Below are positions 35,416 through 45,709 of a DNA stretch of 64,000 nt, piece by piece; position 1 is the first letter of the stretch, and each line of letters opens with the position of its first letter. Under the pieces are notes generated by a model, which was given only the letters and a program-made list of their open reading frames with translations, was not told where the DNA came from and ran no database searches. The position numbers and the translations under genes were made by a program. Source of the stretch: Candidatus Binatia bacterium (GTDB lineage: Bacteria; Desulfobacterota; Binatia; HRBIN30); NCBI GenBank assembly GCA_038245295.1, contig JBBRSP010000020.1:1-64000 (forward strand), written 5' to 3'.

Positions 35416-38182
35416 GATCCATGTCGCCACGTTGGCGCTGTTCGGTCTGCTATTGGCAGGGCCGGCGGCGGCCCAGTCCTACGTGATCCGCGACGTCGTC
35501 TTTCGCAGCAACGTCGCCGTCGACCGCGACGAGGTGGAACGCCTGGCGGGACTGACCGTGGGGGGCGAGATTGAAACGACCGATCTCGCGCCCATCCGTC
35601 TTCGGCTGGAGAGCACGAATCTTTTTGACCATGCGGAAGTCAGCTTGTCAGCTGACGCCGACGGCTCGGTGGACGTGATCATCGAACTGCAACGCCACTC
35701 ACGCATCGATTCGATCAGCTTCCGCGGCAATCGCAACATCCGTGATGACTCCTTGCTGACGGCGAGTCGCCTGCAGGTCGGCGCGCCTTTCGAAGCGGCG
35801 GGCATCCAGGATGCGATCGAGCGCATCCGTGCAACCTATCAAGAGGACGGCTTTGCTCAGGTGCAGGTACGTGTCGAGACGAGCGAGCCGCAGCCGGCGT
35901 CGATGCAACTCGTCATCCATGTGCGCGAGGGCAAGCGCCGTTGCGTGGCCGATGTTGTCGTACGCGGTGCACCGCCCGGTTTGGAAGGGCGGGTGCGCCG
36001 GGCTCTCGGATTCAAGCGGCGCAGCGAGTATCGGCCGAAGCGTCGTCGCCAGAGCCTCGCCGACGTAATGAAAGCCTTGCGTAAGGGCGACTTTCTCGAA
36101 GCCGATGTCGATGTCGTTTGGACGCCGGACGACGCTAACTGCGGAATTCTGGAAGTTGTGATTGATGCGGGTCCAAAGGTGCTGCTGTCCGTCGTCGGGA
36201 ATGAGGCGATCTCCGAGAAACATCTGCTTGCTCTGATCGACTTGAGCCGCCGATTCGTGGTGAGCGACGGCACCTGGCGTGACCTTGGGCGCCGCATCAA
36301 ACGGGCCTATCAGGAAGAAGGCTACTATCGCGCCGAGGTTGGTGTCGATATCGCGGCAGGCGATCCAAAACGCATCGTCTACCGAGTCCAGGAGGGGCAG
36401 CCGTTCAAGATTGCGTCGGTGGACTTCGAGGGGGCCGTCGGAGTTCCGCCCGAGGTCTTGCGCCGCGGTCTGGTGACCGGGCCGCCCAGCTGGATCCCAT
36501 GGCGCCAAGGGGTCTTTCTGGATGACGTGTTCCAGCAGGACCTCAAACGGCTGTGGTTCCAGTATCGGCGGCTTGGCTTTCAAGACGCCGAGATCACCGA
36601 CTATCGGATCCAGTTCGACGAGAAGCGCGGCGAAATGCGAGTCTTGGTGATTGTCGAGGAGGGGCCCCTGACGACGGTCGGCAGCATCGAGGTGCATGGC
36701 TTGCCCGACGACGTGGTACCGCCGAAGCTGCACACGGCGGTGGGGGCGCCGCTCGACAGCGATGCGCTCGACGACGATCGGCACACGGTTACCAACGCGC
36801 TGCTGCGCATGGGATATGCTGAGGCCGCGGTCAAGGCCGAAACCACGTCCCGTCCCGTCGACGATGCCAAGCAGGCCGATGTGACGATCACGACAGAGCC
36901 CGGCGCACAACGGCACGTCGGCGAAGTGGTGGTTCAGAACAATTTCGAGACTCAAGCCGAGGTCATCCGACGCGAGTTGCCGCTGACACCGGGAATGCCG
37001 CTCGATCCCGAGGCGCTGCTGCAAGGACAGTCGCGGATCTACCGCCTGGGATTGTTTCGCTCGGTGGCGGTCGAGCCCGACGCGACGCGCGACGCGCAGG
37101 GGCGATCGCCGATCTCCATTCGCGTCGTCGAGAAGCCGCCGTGGTCGGCGCAATCGGGCATCGGATACAACTCGCGCGACGGGTTGCGCCTCTTCGTCGA
37201 GGCGGGGAACTACAATATGCAAGGGCGCGGGCGGCGTCTCAGCCTGCGCGGCGATGTCAGTCTGGAGCCCAAGGACTTTTCCAAGCCGAACGAATATGTC
37301 GCGAACCTGTCGTTTCGTGAGCCGCGTGTCATCGACAGCTGGTGGAATCTACGCGCCAACCTGATCGCGCAGCGGGCGACGCGCTCGATCGATCACTACA
37401 GCATCGAACGCTTTGCCTTTGTTCCCGCCATCGATCGCGAAATCTTGTACGGGTTACAGGTCGGGGCCGAGGTGCAGATCGAAGACGCGCGTCTGTTTGA
37501 CGTCGAGCCCGATCTCGTCGCCTTCAATCCCCGCGACGTCGGATCCTTGCGCACTGTGGGCTTCGGACCGTTCATGATTTACGACCGACGCGACGATCCG
37601 TTCTCGCCGACACGCGGGACCTATGACTCGATGCGTCTGCGGGTGGCTCCGCCGGGTTTGGGTAGCGACGTGCCGTTCGCCAAGTTGCAGCTCCAGCACA
37701 GTCAGTACGTGCCGATCGCGGCGGGTGTCACCTTCATTTACGCCCTGCGCGGCGGTTGGGCGCATACGTTGGATGGCGGCATCGTGCCGTTGCGCGAAAG
37801 ACTGTTTTTGGGGGGACGCACAACGGTTCGGGGATATGAGGAAAACTCCGTCGGGCCGCGCGGCGACACGGTCTACGATTCAAACGGCAAGGTTGTGTTC
37901 AACGCGCACAACCCGCTCGGTGGCGACTTGGCCATCAATGGCAATGCCGAGATCCGTTTCCCCCTGATCTTCGGGATCGAAGGGGCAACGTTCTTCGATT
38001 GGGGCGCGGTGTACCTGACGCAACGTCCGTTGCGCTTCGAGGATATTCGGTACGGCGCCGGGCCCGGCTTGCGGTACAACACACCGGTTGGCCCGATTGC
38101 TCTCGACTACGGGTTCAAGGTCAACCGCCGTGATGACGAATCGATCGGCGAGTTCCACTTCAGCATCGGAGCGAGCTTTTGA
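35396..38182 (+). CDS. Omp85-family (BamA/TamA-like) outer-membrane protein with ~7 POTRA domains
   Basis: Signal peptide, repeated POTRA units, GGRTTVRGY, GLRYNTPVGPIALDYG, terminal FHFSIGASF. Confidence 0.92.
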   Translation: MSGGSARIHVATLALFGLLLAGPAAAQSYVIRDVVFRSNVAVDRDEVERLAGLTVGGEIETTDLAPIRLRLESTNLFDHAEVSLSADADGSVDVIIELQRHSRIDSISFRGNRNIRDDSLLTASRLQVGAPFEAAGIQDAIERIRATYQEDGFAQVQVRVETSEPQPASMQLVIHVREGKRRCVADVVVRGAPPGLEGRVRRALGFKRRSEYRPKRRRQSLADVMKALRKGDFLEADVDVVWTPDDANCGILEVVIDAGPKVLLSVVGNEAISEKHLLALIDLSRRFVVSDGTWRDLGRRIKRAYQEEGYYRAEVGVDIAAGDPKRIVYRVQEGQPFKIASVDFEGAVGVPPEVLRRGLVTGPPSWIPWRQGVFLDDVFQQDLKRLWFQYRRLGFQDAEITDYRIQFDEKRGEMRVLVIVEEGPLTTVGSIEVHGLPDDVVPPKLHTAVGAPLDSDALDDDRHTVTNALLRMGYAEAAVKAETTSRPVDDAKQADVTITTEPGAQRHVGEVVVQNNFETQAEVIRRELPLTPGMPLDPEALLQGQSRIYRLGLFRSVAVEPDATRDAQGRSPISIRVVEKPPWSAQSGIGYNSRDGLRLFVEAGNYNMQGRGRRLSLRGDVSLEPKDFSKPNEYVANLSFREPRVIDSWWNLRANLIAQRATRSIDHYSIERFAFVPAIDREILYGLQVGAEVQIEDARLFDVEPDLVAFNPRDVGSLRTVGFGPFMIYDRRDDPFSPTRGTYDSMRLRVAPPGLGSDVPFAKLQLQHSQYVPIAAGVTFIYALRGGWAHTLDGGIVPLRERLFLGGRTTVRGYEENSVGPRGDTVYDSNGKVVFNAHNPLGGDLAINGNAEIRFPLIFGIEGATFFDWGAVYLTQRPLRFEDIRYGAGPGLRYNTPVGPIALDYGFKVNRRDDESIGEFHFSIGASF

Positions 38183-39517
38183 TCACGTCGCAGGGGAAGG
38201 GGCCGGACGCTGGCGTTGCAGCGGACCCTCGACGCGGATCTTGCGTAGGCGCCGACCGTCGAGGACGACGACCGTCATCTTGAAGGGGCCGTCGACGATG
38301 GCCTCGCCGCCTTTGGGGAAGCGTTTGAGGCGTGCCAGAACGAAGCCGGCGATGGTGCGATAGTCCGAGGTGTCGTCGAATGGGATGCCGTAGCGGTCTT
38401 GCAAGGTGGTGAGCGGGATCGAGCCTTGAACCAGAATCGACCCGTCCGGCAGCTCCTGAATCGGTTGTTCTTCGTCGGTGTCGAACTCGTCGCGGATCTC
38501 GCCGACGATTTCTTCCAGAAGGTCTTCGATGGTCAGCAAGCCGATCAAGGTGCCGAACTCGTTGACCACCAACGCCATGTGAACGCGGCGGCTTTGCAGC
38601 TCGCGCAAAACGTCGCTGATCTGCATCGAGTCGGGTACGAAGTAGGGTTGATGGATTACCAATGCCAAAGACGCGGGCTGTGGCTTCTCGAGCTCCCGCA
38701 AGACGTCCTTGATGTGTACGATGCCGATGACGTGATCCAGGTCATCCTTATACACGGGCAAGCGCGAGAACCCGGTTTCGACGACAGTACGAGAGATTTC
38801 GGTCAGCGGCGCGGTTTCCGGCACGGCGTGTACTTCCGAGCGCGGCACCATGACATCGCGTACGGAGGTGTCGGTGAACTCGAAGACACTATGGATGAGC
38901 TGGCGCTCCGCTTCGTCGAAAATGCCGTGGCGCGTTCCCTCGTGCACCATGTGTTTCACTTCTTCCTCGGAGATGTAGACCTCTTCGGCTTTGCCTTCTT
39001 GTGCCAGCAGACGCAGCAACAGGTCCGTCGAGCCGGTCAAGAGTCGCACCAGTGGCCCAGCCACTTTGGCGAGCATGGAGACGGGCACGGCGGCGAGGAA
39101 GGCGACCCGTTCGCTATGCCTCAGAGCGAATGACTTCGGCGTCAGCTCACCGAGCACGAGCGTGAAATACGAAATCACCGCGACGGTCACGGTGAGTGAG
39201 ATTGCATCGCTGTAGCTGGCGATGGACTCGGGCAAGTGCGGCGCCAGGAACGCGCTCAGGTAGGTGATGGCGGCGGCGCCGCCGATGACGGAGGCCATGG
39301 AGCTGATGACGGTGACGCCGATCTGCACCGTCGCCAGGAATCGGCCGGGATCTTCCTTGAGGGCGGCGACCAGAGGGGCACGCGGGTGCGACTCCGCGAT
39401 CAGTTGCGCCAGGCGGCTTTTTCGAATCGAGACCAGCGCAATTTCAGCGGCTGAGAAAAAGCCATTGGCCAAAATCAGGAAAAAGACAGCCAGTAGTTCC
39501 CATCCTGCTTCGCCCAT
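38183..39517 (-). CDS. HlyC/CorC (CNNM) family CBS-domain membrane protein
   Basis: NGFFSAAEIALVS, FLATVQIGVT, GELTPKS, MVPRS, EDLLEEIVGEI. Confidence 0.95.
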   Translation of the reverse strand: MGEAGWELLAVFFLILANGFFSAAEIALVSIRKSRLAQLIAESHPRAPLVAALKEDPGRFLATVQIGVTVISSMASVIGGAAAITYLSAFLAPHLPESIASYSDAISLTVTVAVISYFTLVLGELTPKSFALRHSERVAFLAAVPVSMLAKVAGPLVRLLTGSTDLLLRLLAQEGKAEEVYISEEEVKHMVHEGTRHGIFDEAERQLIHSVFEFTDTSVRDVMVPRSEVHAVPETAPLTEISRTVVETGFSRLPVYKDDLDHVIGIVHIKDVLRELEKPQPASLALVIHQPYFVPDSMQISDVLRELQSRRVHMALVVNEFGTLIGLLTIEDLLEEIVGEIRDEFDTDEEQPIQELPDGSILVQGSIPLTTLQDRYGIPFDDTSDYRTIAGFVLARLKRFPKGGEAIVDGPFKMTVVVLDGRRLRKIRVEGPLQRQRPAPSPAT

Positions 39518-39552
39518 GACTGTCGTACGATAGCGTCGACCCGGGCCGACGG

Positions 39553-40851
39553 CTAGCGCTCCTCGGTTGAAGTCAGGCTGGGGGCAATGCCGGAGTGCAC
39601 ATGGCGTTGGAAAAAGCTGCGGAAACGTCGGCCACTGACGTCCTCGACGACTCGTTCGAAGGTCGCCGTGTTGATCTTTCCAGGCTCGGCAACAAGGCGC
39701 CGCACGACATCATCGAGGCGCAGCTGACCGGATGTCGCTCGTTGGATGCGTTGATCGAGGGCGTAGAGCACAGCCGGCGCACTATTATTTGTCGCGGCGC
39801 CGTCCTTCTGCTGCGTCAGGTCGAGGTTCCACGCGCCGTACTTGACGAAAAGGCCGAGGGCGCGTTTGAAGTCACCTTCGCTGACCAACCCGGTACGGCG
39901 CTGCAACTCGATCGAGTAATACTCGGCCAGGCCTTCGGTGAGCCAGTCGGCGTCGGCGGCGAAGCGGAAGGTCTGCAACACATGAAACAGCTCATGGAGA
40001 AACGGTGATGTGTGATCCGGGGTGCGCAACGGTCGCGACGCGTGCATGAAGAACGATCCGCGGGCGCTGAGACCACCATGCCATAGGGGGTCCGGAGCCG
40101 AGACGATGAGAACCGATTGCGGTTCGGCCGACAGCAAGTGTTGAAGCGGTGGCAAGGCGCGTTCGAGAAAACGAAACAACGTCGCGGGGTCGATCCCCGT
40201 GCCCGCGGCGCGTGCGATGCGAATCATCAGGCCGGCGATTTCCTGATGCGCCGAGGCGAAGTTTCCAAGGATGAACCAGCCGCTGGGCTTGGCGAGGATG
40301 TGGGCCCCGGCATCGATCCCGAAGACGTTCGGCCCCAGTCGAGGCAGACTGCTCTCGGTTTCCCAGCCGGCCGGGGTGCGGAAGATCAATCGGCCGCGAG
40401 CCCGGGCGGCCGTTCCGTCGCGCGTGCGAATCGACGTGCGCGGGAAGAGATCGCGGGCGCGGGTGACGATCCAGCCATCCCCGCTGAAGCTGTCGAAGCG
40501 GCCTTTGCCGCCGCGCCGGTGGTCGATGGCGACGTCGTAACTCAGGTGGTTGAACGGGCCACGCAGGGTCCACTCAATCTCGTGGGCGAGGACGACGCTG
40601 CCGGAGCCCTCGACGTTTGACAGGCGGCCGTCGGCAGGCACCTTGAGGTGCAAACTCGTTATCTCATCGGCGCCGCTGAGCTCCCAGCGGATATGCGCCC
40701 GTTTCGGATCTGTAGCGGAGATCTCGACGATGTAGTCGACCGAGAACGTCGTCCGCGCGGGCGCGGGCGACGCGGCATTGGCTTGCGTCACGACGCGGAG
40801 ACAGCACGATCCGAGCAACAGGAGGTGCCAGGCGTGACGGGCCCGACTCAC
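39553..40851 (-). CDS. Secreted gluzincin metallopeptidase-like protein (M61/M1-like)
   Basis: Signal peptide, HELFH with downstream WLTEGLAEYY. Confidence 0.75.
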   Translation of the reverse strand: MSRARHAWHLLLLGSCCLRVVTQANAASPAPARTTFSVDYIVEISATDPKRAHIRWELSGADEITSLHLKVPADGRLSNVEGSGSVVLAHEIEWTLRGPFNHLSYDVAIDHRRGGKGRFDSFSGDGWIVTRARDLFPRTSIRTRDGTAARARGRLIFRTPAGWETESSLPRLGPNVFGIDAGAHILAKPSGWFILGNFASAHQEIAGLMIRIARAAGTGIDPATLFRFLERALPPLQHLLSAEPQSVLIVSAPDPLWHGGLSARGSFFMHASRPLRTPDHTSPFLHELFHVLQTFRFAADADWLTEGLAEYYSIELQRRTGLVSEGDFKRALGLFVKYGAWNLDLTQQKDGAATNNSAPAVLYALDQRIQRATSGQLRLDDVVRRLVAEPGKINTATFERVVEDVSGRRFRSFFQRHVHSGIAPSLTSTEER

Positions 40852-41372
40852 GGCGGTGATGGCGGCGCGGCGAGGAGGTTCTCGAAGTAGCTATACGATT
40901 GTGGGGTGTCCCACTCCTCGGGGCCGATGAATCTCTGCACGATGCGACCGTCGCGATCGATGATGAACGTTTCCGGATAACCCGTCACACCGAGCGGCTC
41001 CGGCAAGATCCCTCGAGGGTCGTGCAGTACAGGAAAGGTGAGTCTCATTTCACTGACGAATTGGCGCACGCGTGCCGCGTCGGTGTCTTCGCTGACCGCC
41101 AAAATCACGAAGTCGCGGCCGGCGAAGTGGCGATGCAGTTGTTCCATCGAGGGCATCTCTTGGCGACACGGTGGGCACCATGTCGCCCACAGGTTCAGGA
41201 AAACGATCTTTCCGCGATAGTCGCTGAGACGATTTGCCCGCCCGGCCAGGTCGGCAAGGCTAAACTCTGGAGCCAGCGACTCGGCCGGTTGCCGGCTGAC
41301 CCGCTGCTGCAGGAAGATCGCGGCGGTCAGGGCGATCGCCAGCGTCAGGACGGGGAAAATCCAACGCTTCAT
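40848..41372 (-). CDS. TlpA/ResA-family thiol-disulfide oxidoreductase
   Basis: NLWATWCPPC, GYPETFIID, N-terminal anchor. Confidence 0.93.
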   Translation of the reverse strand: MKRWIFPVLTLAIALTAAIFLQQRVSRQPAESLAPEFSLADLAGRANRLSDYRGKIVFLNLWATWCPPCRQEMPSMEQLHRHFAGRDFVILAVSEDTDAARVRQFVSEMRLTFPVLHDPRGILPEPLGVTGYPETFIIDRDGRIVQRFIGPEEWDTPQSYSYFENLLAAPPSPP

Positions 41373-42148
41373 TGCTCGGCAGCGCGCAGCGGCTTGGCAG
41401 TCTCGCGGTGTGATGCCAGTTGCCAGGCGCCGATGGAGATCAGGGCGATACTAATCCATTGGGACAGGCTCAGCCCCAGGGCGTAGCGCGGGTTGATGCG
41501 TGCAAATTCGATGACGAAACGCGCCGAGCTGCCGAGGATGAAGTAGAGCCACAGGAGGGTGCTGTCGCGGTGTGGACGCTTACGCAGCGACCACAGGATG
41601 GCAAAGATGATGCTGTAGGCGATCGTTTCGTAGATCGGCGTCGGATGGACGTACACTCCGGGGGGATAGGGCCAGCCGACAATGGCGTTCGGGTAGGCTC
41701 TACCCCAGGGAAGGTCGGTGACGGTACCCCAGTCGCCGTCGCCGGCCAGCTCGCAGCCGATGCGGCCGATGGCGTGTCCGAGCGCCAGCACTGGGGCGAT
41801 GCAATCGACGGTGGCCGCCCACGGCATTGAATGTTTGCGAATCGTCATGGTGACGGCCAGAAAGCCGCCGATGAGGCCGCCATACCAGGTGAAGCCGGCG
41901 CCGGTGAAGATGCCGTGAATCGGGTCGGCGAGGAATCCGGGTAAATCCTCCAGGATGGAGAGGATTCGAGATCCGACGAGACCACCAATCGCCGCCCAGA
42001 AGACCATCGTGGAGGCCATCTCAGGGTCAAGGTCTCGGCGTTTGAGCTCGGCGGTGAGGATCCAACCGCCGACCAGAAACGCGATGGCCATCATCAGCCC
42101 GTAGCTGTAGATGGTGATCGGTCCGAGGTGCAGGATGACGGGATACAT
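41369..42148 (-). CDS. lgt: Prolipoprotein diacylglyceryl transferase
   Basis: MYPVILHLGPITIYSYG, WYGG, GRIGC, HPTPIYE, RFVIEFAR. Confidence 0.95.
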   Translation of the reverse strand: MYPVILHLGPITIYSYGLMMAIAFLVGGWILTAELKRRDLDPEMASTMVFWAAIGGLVGSRILSILEDLPGFLADPIHGIFTGAGFTWYGGLIGGFLAVTMTIRKHSMPWAATVDCIAPVLALGHAIGRIGCELAGDGDWGTVTDLPWGRAYPNAIVGWPYPPGVYVHPTPIYETIAYSIIFAILWSLRKRPHRDSTLLWLYFILGSSARFVIEFARINPRYALGLSLSQWISIALISIGAWQLASHRETAKPLRAAEQ

Positions 42149-42286
42149 GCGGCGCGACTCTAGCCGACGCTCGACGGCCCCGCCACAACCTGCCCTCGGT
42201 TGAGGCACAAATGGGCCGTCGTGCTTACGCGTCAACGCCGTCGAAATGAAATCCGATCATTAGTCGGCAACCCGCCCCGGATTACG

Positions 42287-42315
42287 TTGACAAGGCGCTA
42301 GCCTGTTTCTATGGA
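42287..42315 (+). promoter_or_regulatory. Candidate sigma70 promoter
   Basis: TTGACA-N17-TATGGA upstream of the 42343 ORF. Confidence 0.5.
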
Positions 42316-42342
42316 GAGCACGCGTTTGGGAGCAAAAAAACC

Positions 42343-42735
42343 ATGCGAATGATCCTGCCGCCCCTGCGGGAACGTCGTCTAATTCAGCGATATCTGGAGT
42401 CTTTTTTCCGTCTCCATAAAGACGCGGACTTCAACCGCGCGGTCGGAGCCATCTGTCGCTTCTACCGTCTGCGAAAGCCGCGGATCCAGTGGTTCGAGTA
42501 TCTGGATTGGGGCAGGGCGGCTGGTAAGACCTACGAGAACGGCAAGATACACCTCGTTCACCCTGAAAATTGGAAGAATGGTCGTAAATACAACTCCGAA
42601 CGCCAGTGGATCAACGCGGTCTACCACGAGTTCGGGCATTACATGTTGTGGACGGATGCTGAGCGCAAGGCCGACACGTTTGCGGTCCGTATGGCCCGTG
42701 GCACGTCGTCGCAACGTCTCAGTCGCGCCGCCTAA
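42343..42735 (+). CDS. Small HExxH zincin-like protein (ImmA/IrrE/M48-like signature)
   Basis: YHEFGH followed by AERKADTFA; GGGAG RBS; very basic. Confidence 0.75.
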   Translation: MRMILPPLRERRLIQRYLESFFRLHKDADFNRAVGAICRFYRLRKPRIQWFEYLDWGRAAGKTYENGKIHLVHPENWKNGRKYNSERQWINAVYHEFGHYMLWTDAERKADTFAVRMARGTSSQRLSRAA

Positions 42736-42755
42736 CGGCGAGATCGGGCTAATCC

Positions 42756-43319
42756 ATGGTGCTTGATCCGAATCAGGAAGAACCCGCCAAGGAGGGTGCC
42801 GACGAAGCCGGTACCAAGTGGTGGGTCGATGTAACCGAACGAGTTCAGGCGAAACGTCCCGCCGGTCCGGCTGGCATGAGCTTTTTTACGGTGGCGCACG
42901 ACTTTGAGCAGGAAAAGGCCAAGGAACGCCTGACCGACATCAATCCGAAGATCCTCGCGGCGGCCAATCCACCGCAAGGTGGCTGGGCCTACATTTCCCT
43001 CGCCGAGACCACGTATCCCGAAAAAGAACGTGAACGTTTGATGGGCCTGGTGGCCCTGCCAAGTTACGCCCGCGGGGTTTTTGTCGATTGCGGGCGCTCG
43101 GTGCGGATGTTGGTGACCGGTACCCCGCAGGGCGAGCGCCTATTGGATCTGACTCTCAGCGACGCCCCGTCGTTTGATTGCTGGATCCACAACGACTGGG
43201 TGCGCGAGCAACTCTTCGATGATGTCGAGTCGGCGGTGCTCGCCTTCCGCGGCCTTGTCGTGCAGTATCTATCGCCGAAGAGCATCGCCCTCTACGATTC
43301 GATCCAGGCGCGCGTCTGA
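42756..43319 (+). CDS. Hypothetical protein
   Basis: 187-aa ORF with globular composition filling the gap; co-oriented with the HExxH gene. Confidence 0.7.
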   Translation: MVLDPNQEEPAKEGADEAGTKWWVDVTERVQAKRPAGPAGMSFFTVAHDFEQEKAKERLTDINPKILAAANPPQGGWAYISLAETTYPEKERERLMGLVALPSYARGVFVDCGRSVRMLVTGTPQGERLLDLTLSDAPSFDCWIHNDWVREQLFDDVESAVLAFRGLVVQYLSPKSIALYDSIQARV

Positions 43320-43326
43320 CCTCTCT

Positions 43327-45699
43327 CTATTTAAAGTCCTCGGTAAACAGCACCTGCTGAACGTAGACGAAGCGTGGCGTCAGCGGTGGCAGGTTGGCGA
43401 CGTTGTTGAAGAAATAATCATAGTTGTACTGGCGCAGTGGGGGGTTGTAGATGTTGCAGCCGCTGCCGCTTCCGCCGCCGGTACCACACCATCCGCCGTT
43501 GACATGTTCAGGTGTCCCGAGGCTGACGAAAGAACCCCAATAGTTCAGGGTAGTGCCTCCCCAGCTCTCATGGAAGCGAGGATAATTCTCAAGTCCACCG
43601 TTGTAGTTACCGCCAACCGTGTTGTCGACGCCGCCGATTAGACCCGCATTGATCCAGACCCCATTGCCGGCGCGACCGGAGTCACCGAGGTCACGATTGC
43701 TCTGACTGTCGTTGGCCCAGTTTCGATCGTTGGCAAAATAGTTGTTCGACAGCACGTTTATACTATCTGCCATGACGGCGACGGGTTGCTTCGGCAGACT
43801 AGCGGGCACAAACACCGGTGCCCCGTTCGCCGTGCCGATATTGAGGTCTCCCTGGATATAGCCTGCCTGATCACTAACGATTGTTATGCCCGTGGGATCG
43901 GCGCCGACACCGGGCGCGATGGGAAAGGGCAGATTTCTCGACCCAAAAATGCGCATGCCGTAGTTGTTTATACCGCCGGAGAGTGGTCCGACGACGGTAA
44001 GGAACAAGACGACACCGCCATCCGTCGAGTCGGCCGGATCGAACAACTGTGACCCGGCTGGTTGCGCCGCATTCCAACGCAGAAGATCGCCAACGTTGAC
44101 GTTGAGCAGGAGCATCCACTTATGCTCGCGAATGTTGTAGAACCCGCCCCGACGGTAATCTAGATCGCCGAGCATTCCAGGCTGAGTGCACGCCCCGGTT
44201 CCCCACGCACCGTTGCAGTATTGTCCTGACGGCGTAACACCACCCGACGTGCTGTAGTTCGTGTAAGTTCGACGGTACGGAACCTTGTCGAGAGATTCGT
44301 TTGCCGAGGTGAGCATTGGGCCCCACGTCGGGGTTGGGGTCGGGTTTGGGACGAATCCCTGTCGCCAGCCAATGCCTCGAGTCGTAGGAACCTGTGGATA
44401 GCAGTTCACTGACGTGTTGGTGCAGTTTGTATAGTTGGCGTCTGAGCAGGTGCACTGAGGAGCCCCAGTTACCGTGTTGTTGTTGGTGACCGGCACGTCG
44501 GTATAGAAGATCGGCCTGGTTCCCAGCATCGTTCCCGTTGCCGAACTCGCGGCACCATTGCAGTAGACTCCGTTAGCTTGCAACGATGTCATGAAGTCAT
44601 AGAGGAGCGCGGTCTTCGCCGCGTTCACCGTCTGATCGGCGTTTAGCACTTGGATGCTGTTCGCCAGCGTCGGGGCGGTACCGTGTGTGAACCCGGCCGT
44701 TCTGTTCGGGCACGCGGTAATCTGCGCAGCGGTGGGCAGCGGAAGGGAGCCCTGGGTTCCGACCATAAGTGCGATGCGCAGGTCGGCCTTGTCCCAATAT
44801 GTATTCCCAGCGCCGCGATGAAAGATGTCAGGCGTCGGCGGGTTGATGCTGTCGACGGCGTTAACGATGCTGCCCTTCCATCCAGTCAGCGTCGCCGTCG
44901 GAACGATATTCGAGGCGCCGTTGATGCAATCCAAGGCGGCGGGGTCAAGGTCGCCCACCGGAGCTACCTTATCCTCAAGTTTATCGATGGTGACCAAGCC
45001 GTTGCAGCTCCCATTGTTCTTGCGCCCGCGGTAGATGTTGTTCTTGGCCGTGACCTGCACTGATGTGACGCCTTGTGCGGGCCAGTCCTCGATGTATAGG
45101 CCACTGGCGCGACCGTTCGTCTGAGTGTTCGGGTTTGCGTCGGTGTTCAAGTAGAGGTTGCCGTTTGTGTGCACCCGGCCGGTCAAGTTCATGTTCGCGC
45201 CGGGGAGGATTTCCAGGTCGTTGGCATAGAAGGCGACAAACTGGAAAAGTGGGATGTTGCCGACCAGAAATTCAGCGCCTACCGAGGCTTCATCATCCGA
45301 GCGGGCCGTATTCGTTGCCTTCGATGTCACGGTGTAGCCGTACTCAAGGGAATGAAGGCCCGCGAACAACTGTCCAGCCGGAATGATGATGTCTTTGGGG
45401 TTCCCGATTTTCTCGGTCAGCTGGTAGGATACCAGGCGACCGCTGATGGTAGAGGTGCGCGGACTAAAATCGGTTCCGACGGGGATTGAGTAGTTCAAGA
45501 ATTTCGTTTTGAACTCGCCCATTCCTTGGCTCAGTCCAGATTCGGCAGCGAAGAAGCCCGTGATGGTTTGCCCCAGCGCACCGGTCATCTGAACGTCGAT
45601 GCGCGACTTGATGACTATCCCAGCGCAGAGGGCCATCAGAATCGACAAGACCACCAGGACTGCGATCAGGGCCACTCCACGTTGGTTTGGATTTTTCAT
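43327..45699 (-). CDS. PilX-type N-terminus fused to a large Asn/Gly/Thr/Cys-rich domain (HpsA-like C-terminus)
   Basis: QRG|VALIA (no Glu5), FFAAESGL, PLFQFVAFY, GRVHTNGNL, YNGGLENYPRFHESW..GSFVSL..YNPPLRQYNYD..LPPLTP. Confidence 0.82.
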   Translation of the reverse strand: MKNPNQRGVALIAVLVVLSILMALCAGIVIKSRIDVQMTGALGQTITGFFAAESGLSQGMGEFKTKFLNYSIPVGTDFSPRTSTISGRLVSYQLTEKIGNPKDIIIPAGQLFAGLHSLEYGYTVTSKATNTARSDDEASVGAEFLVGNIPLFQFVAFYANDLEILPGANMNLTGRVHTNGNLYLNTDANPNTQTNGRASGLYIEDWPAQGVTSVQVTAKNNIYRGRKNNGSCNGLVTIDKLEDKVAPVGDLDPAALDCINGASNIVPTATLTGWKGSIVNAVDSINPPTPDIFHRGAGNTYWDKADLRIALMVGTQGSLPLPTAAQITACPNRTAGFTHGTAPTLANSIQVLNADQTVNAAKTALLYDFMTSLQANGVYCNGAASSATGTMLGTRPIFYTDVPVTNNNTVTGAPQCTCSDANYTNCTNTSVNCYPQVPTTRGIGWRQGFVPNPTPTPTWGPMLTSANESLDKVPYRRTYTNYSTSGGVTPSGQYCNGAWGTGACTQPGMLGDLDYRRGGFYNIREHKWMLLLNVNVGDLLRWNAAQPAGSQLFDPADSTDGGVVLFLTVVGPLSGGINNYGMRIFGSRNLPFPIAPGVGADPTGITIVSDQAGYIQGDLNIGTANGAPVFVPASLPKQPVAVMADSINVLSNNYFANDRNWANDSQSNRDLGDSGRAGNGVWINAGLIGGVDNTVGGNYNGGLENYPRFHESWGGTTLNYWGSFVSLGTPEHVNGGWCGTGGGSGSGCNIYNPPLRQYNYDYFFNNVANLPPLTPRFVYVQQVLFTEDFK

Positions 45700-45709
45700 G
45701 GCACAACCA

